The position numbers were made by a program, and so were the translations under genes. This document shows positions 38,202-46,769 of a DNA stretch of 64,000 nucleotides, piece by piece; positions within the stretch are counted from its first letter, which is position 1; each line of letters starts with the position of its first letter. The stretch is taken from contig JAOMOG010000006.1 of assembly GCA_028353405.1 (NCBI GenBank), positions 8,566 to 72,565 on the forward strand, read 5' to 3'. Origin of the DNA: Candidatus Poseidoniaceae archaeon (GTDB lineage Archaea > Thermoplasmatota > Poseidoniia > Poseidoniales > Poseidoniaceae). The notes beneath the pieces are model-generated. The model did not search any database. It worked only from the letters and a program-made list of their open reading frames with translations, and was not told the DNA's origin.

Positions 38202-40235
38202 ATGAATGAAGTATGTCCAATAACTCATTTCACAGAAGAGCAGCAAAAACGCTGGCCTAATCTGCATAATTCATTAATCGGACAATTAGAATTCCCTACT
38301 GCTGCTGAAATCCCATCAGATGCTCTAGTCAGATTGAATAACGATGTAAATGAAATGCTGCGCAAGCAACTTGAACATAGTAAAAGGGATAGAAGTCGAG
38401 ACAAGTTATTCGCATTTTTGAAAAAAATATTGGAATTTAAATTTCCAGGGAGTAAATTAGACAAATTCGGTTCATCTGTAACCGGGCTTTCACTGGCCCA
38501 AGGTGACATAGATTTGTGCTTACAAATTCCAGGAAAAGTTCCTCACAAAGTTTTCAATAAAATTGGTAAACTTCTAAGATTACATGACTTTGTTGACATT
38601 GTAGTAATACCTCACGCCAAGGTTCCTATTGTAAAATGCAGAGATGGAAAAACAGGCATACCGCTTGATATTTCAGTCAACAACACACTCGCACTACAAA
38701 ATACACAATTGCTCAAAACATATTCAATGCAAGACTCTAGAGTCTCTCAGGTAATATTGGCGATTAAGCATTGGGCAACTTGTAGAGATGTTAGTGATGC
38801 ACCTTCGGGGACATTATCCTCATATTCATGGTCCATATTGAGTATCCAATCAATGCAAATGTCTTCTCCACCATTGGTAGCAAATGTCCAAACCGGTAAA
38901 AAAAGAACTATTCAACATGTTGAAGGTGATAATTATGATGTCACAATTCATCCAAACCCAAAGAGCTTACTAAAGCAACAAAATCAGCAAAACCTCGGAG
39001 AAATAATCGCCAATTTTTTCGAAACCTTTGCCAATTGGAACTGGGATTTAGATATCTGCTCTATTCGGAATGGTACTGCCCTATCCCGTGAAGAAAAAGG
39101 TTGGCTAGAACAAGATCCAACGGCTATTGACATCATCATCAATGAGGAATCGGTGAGAGTGGGCAAGCATAGTTTAGCAATTGAAGACCCATTTGATTTG
39201 AAAAGAGATCTAAGCACTGTACTTCGTGCTGAAGGAATCATGGATATTAGAGAAGAAATACTCCGGATGTGGTTCGGCATTTGTGAAGGTAATTCATGGA
39301 AAGATTTGTGTGCACTTCGAAATCCGGACAAGCATATTTCTGATAAACAATTGGACCTTTTCCACGACCTTAGAGGCAAGGAAGAGAAAGAGATCAATAG
39401 TAAAATTACAGACTATACAATCCAACTTGAGCAAGTTGAAAACAAAATAGCAGTTTGCACCGATGAAAAAGAGAAGGCCCAAAAAATCCCAGAATTGAAA
39501 AATCTTCGTAATGAAATTCATCAAAAGATATTGATACGTACCCATCATATTGAAGAGGAACTGAGTAGAATTTATCAACGCCTAACTGGAACTGTAGATA
39601 TATTCAGAGTACCTTCAATTATCACTGAAGAAAATGATTTTGCACTATTCTTTGAATTGCAACAAATGCTTCCAAAAGCTCGTGAAGCCGATAAGTTACA
39701 TCATGAATTTATTGATCTTATCAAGAAGCACACTGAAGTGCAATCAACATTATCTTCAGGCGTAGAAGGGCAATCAGTAGCGGCGCTGAAAAACGCAATA
39801 TCAATGGCTAACCGCTCTGATAGATTCTTCAATAGCAGCAATTATATTGCTCGTTATCTAGGAGAATTAATAATTGAGAAGAGGAAAATAAATAGAGAAC
39901 TAGGGCGACTAAAGTCGTGGTTGAAGTATTGTGAGGACATTAAACACCAAAAATCTCGGAAATCTAAATCGAACAGTTCAAGGTATTCAAATCATAGTAA
40001 AATGAATAAGAAATCTTACGCAGAAGTGAAATCTAAAATGGAATCTGGAGAAGGTTTATCACTCGCAGAACTAAATATTTTACTGAATAATGGAGGTCTT
40101 TTCTCAGCGGAGAAATCAACGGACAAAAAATCACCGAAGAGTAAATATTCTCGTTCCAAGAGAAAGAATTCTAATAATGATTTATCTGCGCATAGAGGCC
40201 CTAGAGGTCGCTCAAAAAATGTCCGTAAGGAGTGA
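38202..40235 (+). CDS. Cid1/TENT-family terminal nucleotidyltransferase (non-canonical poly(A)/poly(U) polymerase-like) fused to a C-terminal coiled coil and basic tail
   Basis: The Pol-beta NTase core has FGSSVTGLSLAQGDIDLCL, with the third carboxylate in IPLDISVNN. It continues NTLALQNTQLLKTY, IKHWA and GTLSSYSW. A PAP-associated-like block follows (LGEIIANFFETFANWNW, LAIEDPFDLKRDLS). The whole is colinear with my recollection of S. pombe Cid1. Confidence 0.85.
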   Translation: MNEVCPITHFTEEQQKRWPNLHNSLIGQLEFPTAAEIPSDALVRLNNDVNEMLRKQLEHSKRDRSRDKLFAFLKKILEFKFPGSKLDKFGSSVTGLSLAQGDIDLCLQIPGKVPHKVFNKIGKLLRLHDFVDIVVIPHAKVPIVKCRDGKTGIPLDISVNNTLALQNTQLLKTYSMQDSRVSQVILAIKHWATCRDVSDAPSGTLSSYSWSILSIQSMQMSSPPLVANVQTGKKRTIQHVEGDNYDVTIHPNPKSLLKQQNQQNLGEIIANFFETFANWNWDLDICSIRNGTALSREEKGWLEQDPTAIDIIINEESVRVGKHSLAIEDPFDLKRDLSTVLRAEGIMDIREEILRMWFGICEGNSWKDLCALRNPDKHISDKQLDLFHDLRGKEEKEINSKITDYTIQLEQVENKIAVCTDEKEKAQKIPELKNLRNEIHQKILIRTHHIEEELSRIYQRLTGTVDIFRVPSIITEENDFALFFELQQMLPKAREADKLHHEFIDLIKKHTEVQSTLSSGVEGQSVAALKNAISMANRSDRFFNSSNYIARYLGELIIEKRKINRELGRLKSWLKYCEDIKHQKSRKSKSNSSRYSNHSKMNKKSYAEVKSKMESGEGLSLAELNILLNNGGLFSAEKSTDKKSPKSKYSRSKRKNSNNDLSAHRGPRGRSKNVRKE

Positions 40236-40729
40236 TGAAGTTGCAAGATGGCATCCAATGGATGTTAGGTCCGGAACCAAAAAACTTGAGCCCAATATGG
40301 ACACAAGAAGTATTGCAGCTATTTTTACGCGAAAACGGTGAAGAATATTCACAGAACTCTGTTTCTAGCCTTCCAATTCCAAAATGGGGAGGCAATTTAC
40401 TACTGCTCGAAGGAACTGATATCACTAATCCAAATTGTCTGAAAGGTTTACTATGGGCTACTCCTTTTATGGATGACATTGTTAGAGTGGCAGCATTTTC
40501 AATAACATCTGAACTCCAGAGTAAAGGATATGGTAGAATGGCATGGAATTATTTTGTCGAAAGTGCAACTAAGGCTGGTTTTAGCAAAGTTCAACTCGAA
40601 GTAAAGGCGTCCAATATAAGAGGCCAAGAATTCTATAGAAAAAGAGGTCTTGTTGTAATGAATGAACTTCAGGGATACTATTCAAGTGGACTAGGATATA
40701 TGATGCGTGGCGATTTGAAAAAATATTAA
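40235..40729 (+). CDS. GNAT-family N-acetyltransferase
   Basis: Contains the acetyl-CoA motif A (VRVAAFSITSELQSKGYGRMAW) and the motif B region (FYRKRGL). Its ATG overlaps the TENT stop (TGATG). Confidence 0.75.
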   Translation: MKLQDGIQWMLGPEPKNLSPIWTQEVLQLFLRENGEEYSQNSVSSLPIPKWGGNLLLLEGTDITNPNCLKGLLWATPFMDDIVRVAAFSITSELQSKGYGRMAWNYFVESATKAGFSKVQLEVKASNIRGQEFYRKRGLVVMNELQGYYSSGLGYMMRGDLKKY

Positions 40730-40741
40730 TAAAAGCCATAA

Positions 40742-41107
40742 ATGGAATTATTTTATCTCAAAGGTTATTCCCCCATTGCTTCTGCATTAATTGTGGAACA
40801 ACGGATTCTTGCTGAGTTACTAAATTCTAGTGGCGTGGTTAGTGCCCACTTATTGGATGAAAATGGGTTGATAATGGAGAACCTTGATTCCGGACATAGT
40901 CAAGATTATTCTTCACTCATTGCTGTTATGAGTAATTCCGAAGAAAGCCAGTCTGTAACGATTACTTCTCAAAATGCAATTCTTATTGCAAATCGGTTAG
41001 AACAAAACTATTTGTTGATCGTTCGCTTACAATCATCCTGCAATTTAGGTGCTATCAGGAAGTTATTATCAAAAGCAGTGTTAGAACTCAACGCTCTTAG
41101 CCAGTGA
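40742..41107 (+). CDS. Roadblock/LC7 (MglB-like) domain protein
   Basis: The pattern LAELLNSSGVVSAHLLDENGLIMEN...NYLLIVRLQSSCNLGAIRKLL and the 121-aa length fit the Robl/LC7 fold. Confidence 0.55.
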   Translation: MELFYLKGYSPIASALIVEQRILAELLNSSGVVSAHLLDENGLIMENLDSGHSQDYSSLIAVMSNSEESQSVTITSQNAILIANRLEQNYLLIVRLQSSCNLGAIRKLLSKAVLELNALSQ

Positions 41108-41110
41108 AAT

Positions 41111-41812
41111 CTAATCAAATAATGGGCCGAGAATAACCATCCCATTTGGACCTACGTCAATTGCCATCTTTTCCATAGCATGACGGCAATGGCGCATTTT
41201 TTCAATTTGTAGAGTTCTAATTAATTTACCATTTCTTTGATCCATTCCCAAGTTAATTACCGCATCTGCTAAAAAACCTTCATTACCTTGTAATTCGGCA
41301 TTTGTCCCCACATTCCTTTCGGTGATGATAAAGACATTGAGATTCATACTGCGCAAGAAATCGAAGAAACCGAACATCTTTTTGCGCATTACTTCATCCA
41401 CAGAAGTCAACGAATAAATTGCACCTAATGAATCTAAAACAAAAGTAGTAAACCTATCACCGTGTTGTTGTTTGAAATGTTCTATCATCCTACGAGTGAA
41501 TTTCAGGTAATCCATATTTTCATTTTCTCTGCGAAGTTCCGTAAAATCAGTAAGTTGCAAATTATTTGGAACATTCAAACCCATGCTTGTAGTTCCCCGC
41601 AATAATGAATCCACACTTTCTTCAACTGTGCAGTATAGACCAAATTCACCTGTTCTAGTGAGATGATTGGATAGCAAGGTCATACAGAAACTCGACTTCA
41701 TTGAACCAGGTGGCCCGGTCACCATTGTCACATAAGGTGCACGAACATCACTCTGAAGAACTCTTTCCATTCCCTGCATTGCGCCTAGTAACATGATATC
41801 AACAATTAACAC
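41111..41812 (-). CDS. KaiC/RecA-superfamily ATPase (COG0467-like) with a deviant Walker A
   Basis: Has the P-loop region VTGPPGSMKSSF, GEFGLYCTVEES and Walker B FVLDSL, and the single-domain KaiC-like length. A start at an internal ATG is possible. Confidence 0.7.
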   Translation of the reverse strand: MLIVDIMLLGAMQGMERVLQSDVRAPYVTMVTGPPGSMKSSFCMTLLSNHLTRTGEFGLYCTVEESVDSLLRGTTSMGLNVPNNLQLTDFTELRRENENMDYLKFTRRMIEHFKQQHGDRFTTFVLDSLGAIYSLTSVDEVMRKKMFGFFDFLRSMNLNVFIITERNVGTNAELQGNEGFLADAVINLGMDQRNGKLIRTLQIEKMRHCRHAMEKMAIDVGPNGMVILGPLFD

Positions 41813-41928
41813 TGAATGCTTCTTGTCCTTAACTATTTTCTTAAAACGACTGCTAAAATCTTGTCATATTTTTCACTATTAATTCTCATTCAGCATGGTC
41901 TTTTACAATATTGAAAGATAGGCCTCTA

Positions 41929-42903
41929 ATGAAGAGGTTAAATGGGTGGGTTATGTGGGCGAGTCGGCGAGAAGATGGGAATCTTCCCCCCGAACAGGTG
42001 AGAATAGCAATGACAGACTTCAAAGAGCAACTCGAAGATCGTAGAAAAGTAGTGGATGGAAAGGCTACCGAATACAGAACTACCCGTGACGAATGGAATG
42101 GAAAAACCAAAACTCACACCACTACTCGTAACGAGTTGAATGCTGAAGTAAGAGAGTTAATTGTCCAAGTTCGGGAACAACGAGAAATACGTGAACAGAT
42201 GAACGAAATCGTTCGCGAAAAGAAATCTGCTCGCTCTGCTGCAAGTGATGCGGTTAAAGCTGCAAAATTAGCACTTGAGAATGCCAAGGGTCCACAGCAA
42301 GCTGCTCCACCTAGAGAGGCTGGCAGAAAAGGAAAGTGGGAAAAGAGACCTCCAACCGTTCATTCATTGAAAAAGGATTTGAACAGACTAGAAAATGAGT
42401 TTGAGCAAGGGAAACATACTGGTAATAATGAGACCAAGGTAATGAAGAGAATGAAGGAAATTAATGCAGAAATCAAAAAGTTGAAGAAATTTGATGATTC
42501 CAATGGCGATTTAAGGGATGCTCGCACTGCAGTTCACGAAGCAATGGCTCAGCAAGAGATTGCCCACGAAGAAGTGCAAAAGGCTGCAACTGCTGCTCAA
42601 GAAGCTCACGAATTGATGCTTCAGTGGAATGAAGAAGTTGACCGCCAAAGAGAACTTGCTGAAACTGCACACCGAGGCCTACGAACTTCAAAGAAGGAAG
42701 CAGATAAGGCTCACCGCTTTTACATCGTATCACTACGATGTCTGCATTCGATCCAAGATATGCTAAGAGCAATGCGAGGTGCATCTGCTGGTGCTGGCCA
42801 GAAGCCAACTGCACGTGTTGAAGTTCAAGATTTAATGGGCAAATTAATGTCCGGTCAAACACTTACTACTGAGGAATTAATGCAACTTCAGAGTTTTGAT
42901 TGA
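41929..42903 (+). CDS. Long coiled-coil protein (archaeal COG1340-like), paralog-like to 31450-32451
   Basis: Charged and heptad-rich throughout (EWNGKTKTHTTTRNELNAEVRELIVQVREQREIREQMNEIVREKK). The start is uncertain (TTG 41911 or ATG 41929). Confidence 0.6.
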   Translation: MKRLNGWVMWASRREDGNLPPEQVRIAMTDFKEQLEDRRKVVDGKATEYRTTRDEWNGKTKTHTTTRNELNAEVRELIVQVREQREIREQMNEIVREKKSARSAASDAVKAAKLALENAKGPQQAAPPREAGRKGKWEKRPPTVHSLKKDLNRLENEFEQGKHTGNNETKVMKRMKEINAEIKKLKKFDDSNGDLRDARTAVHEAMAQQEIAHEEVQKAATAAQEAHELMLQWNEEVDRQRELAETAHRGLRTSKKEADKAHRFYIVSLRCLHSIQDMLRAMRGASAGAGQKPTARVEVQDLMGKLMSGQTLTTEELMQLQSFD

Positions 42904-42966
42904 TTGTTTTTGAAGCGAACACATCAAAGACCCCATTCAACACGATAATAATTACGAGGCTTTGCC

Positions 42967-44124
42967 ATGTTATCAAAGGACGATATTGCTGAACTTGTTG
43001 AGAATTACGACAGAATGAAGTTACGCATCGGTATGACTGCATCTCATTCTGCTCTAGATATCTGTGATGGAGCAATTGAAGAAGGGTTTCCTACTGTTGC
43101 ATACTGCAAAGAAGGACGTCACAAAACTTATGCAAATTACTTCAAAGCACACCGTTCATCCTCCGGAAGAGTATTTCGCGGAATGGTTGACAAAGCGATA
43201 GTTATGCCTTCATTCAATGATGTAATGGATTCTGATATGCAAGCAGAAATGCGCAAGAGAAATGTCATCTATATCCCAAATCGTTCTTTCACATCCTATT
43301 CTTCTATTGAAGATGTTGAAAATAACTTCCGTGTTCCTCTATTTGGATCTAGAAACATGTTGCGAATGGAAGAAAGAACAGAAGAGCAAGATTACTATTG
43401 GATTTTAGATAAAGCGGGATTACCTTATCCTGAAGCAATTGCAAACCCAGAGGATATTGATTGTCTAGTAATCGTAAAACTTCACCATGCACAAAAGAAA
43501 TTGGAGAGAGGATTTTTCACTTGTGCATCATTCCAAGAATATCAAGACAAATCTAAAACCCTTATCGCTGAAGGAATTATTGACCAAGAATCATTAGAAG
43601 GCGCTAGAATTGAGAGATATGTTATCGGTCCAGTATTCAATCTGAATTTCTTCTATAGCCCACTTGCTGATGAAGGAGAGCGATTAGAGTTACTCGGTGT
43701 CGATTGGCGCTTTGAGTCTTCACTAGATGGCCATGTGCGCCTTCCTGCCCCACAGCAGATGACTATGCCTGCTCACCAGCAAATTCCAGAGATGACTGTT
43801 GTTGGACACAATACTGCAACTATTAGAGAATCATTACTCGAAGTTGCATTTGAACTTGGAGAGAAATTCATTAAGGCAAGTAAAGAACACTATGATCCAG
43901 GAATCATTGGCCCGTTCTGCCTACAAACATGTATTGACAAGGATATGAATTACTACATCTATGACGTTGCACCTCGTTTAGGTGGAGGAACAAATGTTCA
44001 CGTCAGTGTTGGACATCCATATGGAAATGCTACATGGAGAAAACCAATGTCAAGTGGCCGACGTATTGCAATGGAGATTAGAATTGCTGCAGAACAAGAC
44101 AGATTGTTAGAAGTTCTAACATGA
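42967..44124 (+). CDS. purP: 5-formaminoimidazole-4-carboxamide ribonucleotide (FAICAR) synthetase PurP
   Basis: Has the N-terminal block IGMTASHSALDICDGAIEEGFPTV and ATP-grasp blocks. This is an archaea-specific purine step. Confidence 0.85.
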   Translation: MLSKDDIAELVENYDRMKLRIGMTASHSALDICDGAIEEGFPTVAYCKEGRHKTYANYFKAHRSSSGRVFRGMVDKAIVMPSFNDVMDSDMQAEMRKRNVIYIPNRSFTSYSSIEDVENNFRVPLFGSRNMLRMEERTEEQDYYWILDKAGLPYPEAIANPEDIDCLVIVKLHHAQKKLERGFFTCASFQEYQDKSKTLIAEGIIDQESLEGARIERYVIGPVFNLNFFYSPLADEGERLELLGVDWRFESSLDGHVRLPAPQQMTMPAHQQIPEMTVVGHNTATIRESLLEVAFELGEKFIKASKEHYDPGIIGPFCLQTCIDKDMNYYIYDVAPRLGGGTNVHVSVGHPYGNATWRKPMSSGRRIAMEIRIAAEQDRLLEVLT

Positions 44125-44293
44125 TATTTTACAGCGAGAACCTACTGTAATGGTTCATATCCATCGCTAGCGACGAATAGCACCCACTGCGAACCCTTGC
44201 AAACACTTATTTTGGTTACAAAGGTTTTATGCAGAAACCCTTGTAAACACAATTTGGAATACAGGGCGCTCTAGAAAAATTAGATAATTACAT

Positions 44294-45100
44294 ATGGGAA
44301 ACCGGAATCGGATTACTGTGGAAGTAGGAGAATTAAGTCCTGATGGCTATTATAGCTGGGACGGAACAAAATGGGTCTCCGTTGAATTTGGTACAAAAAG
44401 TCCGGACGGTTTTTTTATTTGGAATGGAACTCAATGGATTCCCATTGTTGAAAAAATTAATCCTCCGGTAGTGAAAAAGGACGAGATATCAACCGATTTG
44501 ATTCAACAAATAAATCAACCAGTTATAGGTACTCAGCAACAATTCTTCGTTGAATCAACAGTACAACATCAATCATTTACTCAACAGCCTCTTCTGATTA
44601 TGCAGAAACAAAAAACCAATCGAGTGTCAACATTGGGCCTAATTATCATTTTCTTGGTGATAGGAACAGCCGTTATCACGTTCTTTAGCGGATTGTTATA
44701 TGTTTGGGCAGCTTCATTGGCTGATGAACAAGATCAGACGGAGTTAGCTGGAACTTGGTATAATTTGGGAGATACTATGACTCTTTATTCTAATGGGACA
44801 GTGATTGAATCAAGTGGATTGATTACAGAGTGGAGTTCAGAAGGGCATAATTTCACAACGACTTTTCTAATCGAGGAAGAGGAAATTAACTTGGTATGGA
44901 AATATGAAATCAAGATTGATAACGATGATGACCGAGTGTTGTTTATGGCTTACTACGATAATGTGGACGGAGTTCAAACCAATGATGTTGCGGATAATTC
45001 ATGTATTGTTTACATTGATTCTGTACGCGGAGCCGAAGAGGAATATTTTGAGAACAAACTTGCAATTATTCCCGAGTGGTGCGAGTTTACAGAAGAATAA
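44294..45100 (+). CDS. Membrane protein, hypothetical, with a duplicated SPDG..W.GT.W motif
   Basis: SPDGYYSWDGTKWVSV and SPDGFFIWNGTQWIPI lie at the N-terminus, followed by one TM helix (LGLIIIFLVIGTAVITFF) and an acidic ectodomain. Confidence 0.5.
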   Translation: MGNRNRITVEVGELSPDGYYSWDGTKWVSVEFGTKSPDGFFIWNGTQWIPIVEKINPPVVKKDEISTDLIQQINQPVIGTQQQFFVESTVQHQSFTQQPLLIMQKQKTNRVSTLGLIIIFLVIGTAVITFFSGLLYVWAASLADEQDQTELAGTWYNLGDTMTLYSNGTVIESSGLITEWSSEGHNFTTTFLIEEEEINLVWKYEIKIDNDDDRVLFMAYYDNVDGVQTNDVADNSCIVYIDSVRGAEEEYFENKLAIIPEWCEFTEE

Positions 45101-45115
45101 CATACTCTGCGTTGA

Positions 45116-45742
45116 TTAAATAACTGAGAGAACAGAAAGTGACAATCCAACTGCAATTACTGTCATTGGGACTGCGATGATAACCCACCATGGCCATCCA
45201 GAATCATCATCATAGTCCTTATCGTAGTCATCATAGTATGATGATGAGCTGTGCACCTCATAATATGGGTCATGGCTGCGCATGAATAGTAGTACTGAAG
45301 AGAAAGCACCCATATAGAATCCAGTTCCAACAAAGTCAAAGATTGAGATCACTCCTAAAGCGGTGGGCGCTATAGCAGCACAAATTACGAAAATAATCAC
45401 AAATGTGAGATGTAGTCCACCTATAATTCTCGGAGACTTATTTACTAACAAAAGAATAGTGGATATTAATCCGCTAAGGGCAAAAACAAATGGACTGAAA
45501 ATTAACATTAGGATAGCAATAGCGAGAGCTAATTCATCTCCAGCCAAACTAGTATCCCCTTCACCATTCCCCCCACCGTCGCTTATATCATCGACACCCA
45601 TTTCATTCATCAATTCCCCAATTGATTTCATTATTTCAAATCCAGAAAATTCCAAAATGCCCAAAAGAGAAACATATGGCAAAAATAGTGATGTTACAAT
45701 CAGTGCAACCCCCAACCAAGGGAATTGTTTATTGGCAGACAT
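45116..45742 (-). CDS. Polytopic membrane protein, hypothetical
   Basis: Has five or six hydrophobic helices and a Tyr/Asp-rich loop (SSSYYDDYDKDYDDD). Confidence 0.5.
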   Translation of the reverse strand: MSANKQFPWLGVALIVTSLFLPYVSLLGILEFSGFEIMKSIGELMNEMGVDDISDGGGNGEGDTSLAGDELALAIAILMLIFSPFVFALSGLISTILLLVNKSPRIIGGLHLTFVIIFVICAAIAPTALGVISIFDFVGTGFYMGAFSSVLLFMRSHDPYYEVHSSSSYYDDYDKDYDDDSGWPWWVIIAVPMTVIAVGLSLSVLSVI

Positions 45743-45945
45743 ATTTACTCCACAAAACGTTAGTATTTAGGGGATATCCAGGATATTTGGCATATGAACT
45801 CCTGCCTATATACAAGAGGGGCCTCGTAGTCCTATGCGAAATCAAGGGTAGATTTGTAAAGGAGAGACAGCAAACTCTTGTGTTCTACTCAAAGCCTCTT
45901 CATGCACAAATTGATTGAAATATAAGAGCCCATTTATCAGTTTTT

Positions 45946-46638
45946 ATGGAGGAGAATGGTGATGATGCGACATCATATTGGAAAGAAATCGAGCATCGTG
46001 CTCTACCTAGTTTAATCGAGTGTGCAAATACAAATTATCGATTAAATCTGAAATCAGATGATTTAAAATTAGAATTTTCAATAAAGTATGTATGGAGTCG
46101 TTCATTTGGAAATGGGAAAATTAGGTTTGGAGTGCCATATGAGCGTGCCCTTGAGTATAGTATGTTCAACGGTGATCCAGATCTAGAAATACCCCCTCAC
46201 TTAAGCAGAAATAGGCAATTCCAAGCATGGTGGGTGGCAGCTCACGAATTAGCACATGAAATTGTCGATATGATTCAGAGGAAAACCAGTTCCATATCTC
46301 AACCAATAATTCCGAATGCATTGATCAAATTTGATTTGGATTTCATTCGAGATCATGGAACAGATGTTTTAGTTGACTTACTAGAGAATCAAGCATGGTG
46401 GAAAGAAAGTCAAATGAAGGATCAGTATCATTTGTCTTACGATGATAAAACCTTCAAACATGGGGTCTTTTACCAACACATATATCGTACTCTCCGCAGA
46501 GATGTGGTTAACCCAAAATTTGGGATTGAGGTGGATGATTGGAAGCAAAAAAGTAAACCGAAGATAAGGTACGTAAAGAGTGGCTGGAACGGCAATAAAA
46601 GGCGAAGTATCCGAATCACTGGACCAATACTCATATAA
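45946..46638 (+). CDS. Hypothetical protein with an HExxH motif (possible zinc metallopeptidase fold)
   Basis: AAHELAHEIVD is the only recognisable motif. Confidence 0.45.
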   Translation: MEENGDDATSYWKEIEHRALPSLIECANTNYRLNLKSDDLKLEFSIKYVWSRSFGNGKIRFGVPYERALEYSMFNGDPDLEIPPHLSRNRQFQAWWVAAHELAHEIVDMIQRKTSSISQPIIPNALIKFDLDFIRDHGTDVLVDLLENQAWWKESQMKDQYHLSYDDKTFKHGVFYQHIYRTLRRDVVNPKFGIEVDDWKQKSKPKIRYVKSGWNGNKRRSIRITGPILI

Positions 46639-46769
46639 TTTAACAATTAATTCGTTATAGTCGAATGTACTATCAAGAACTCAGAATCGTGAATCTGTAT
46701 TGATATATTGGATAGTTTAACAACGAATGTTACCCAAATCTCTTTGGTGAGGTGCAATCATTACAACTC

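Noticed and set aside
38202-40235. Reading the nucleotidyltransferase as a CBASS CD-NTase or an MNT-type toxin-antitoxin component
   Set aside because: The run NTLALQNT...IKHWA...GTLSSY and the IEDPF block are Cid1/PAP-associated features, not cGAS/DncV or MNT features. I see no effector (patatin, TM, endonuclease, HEPN) nearby.
45622-45918. 98-aa + strand ORF in the 45743-45945 spacer
   Set aside because: Half of it is antisense to the membrane-protein gene 45116-45742 and the rest has no motif. I also looked for a tRNA or other ncRNA fold in the spacer and saw none.
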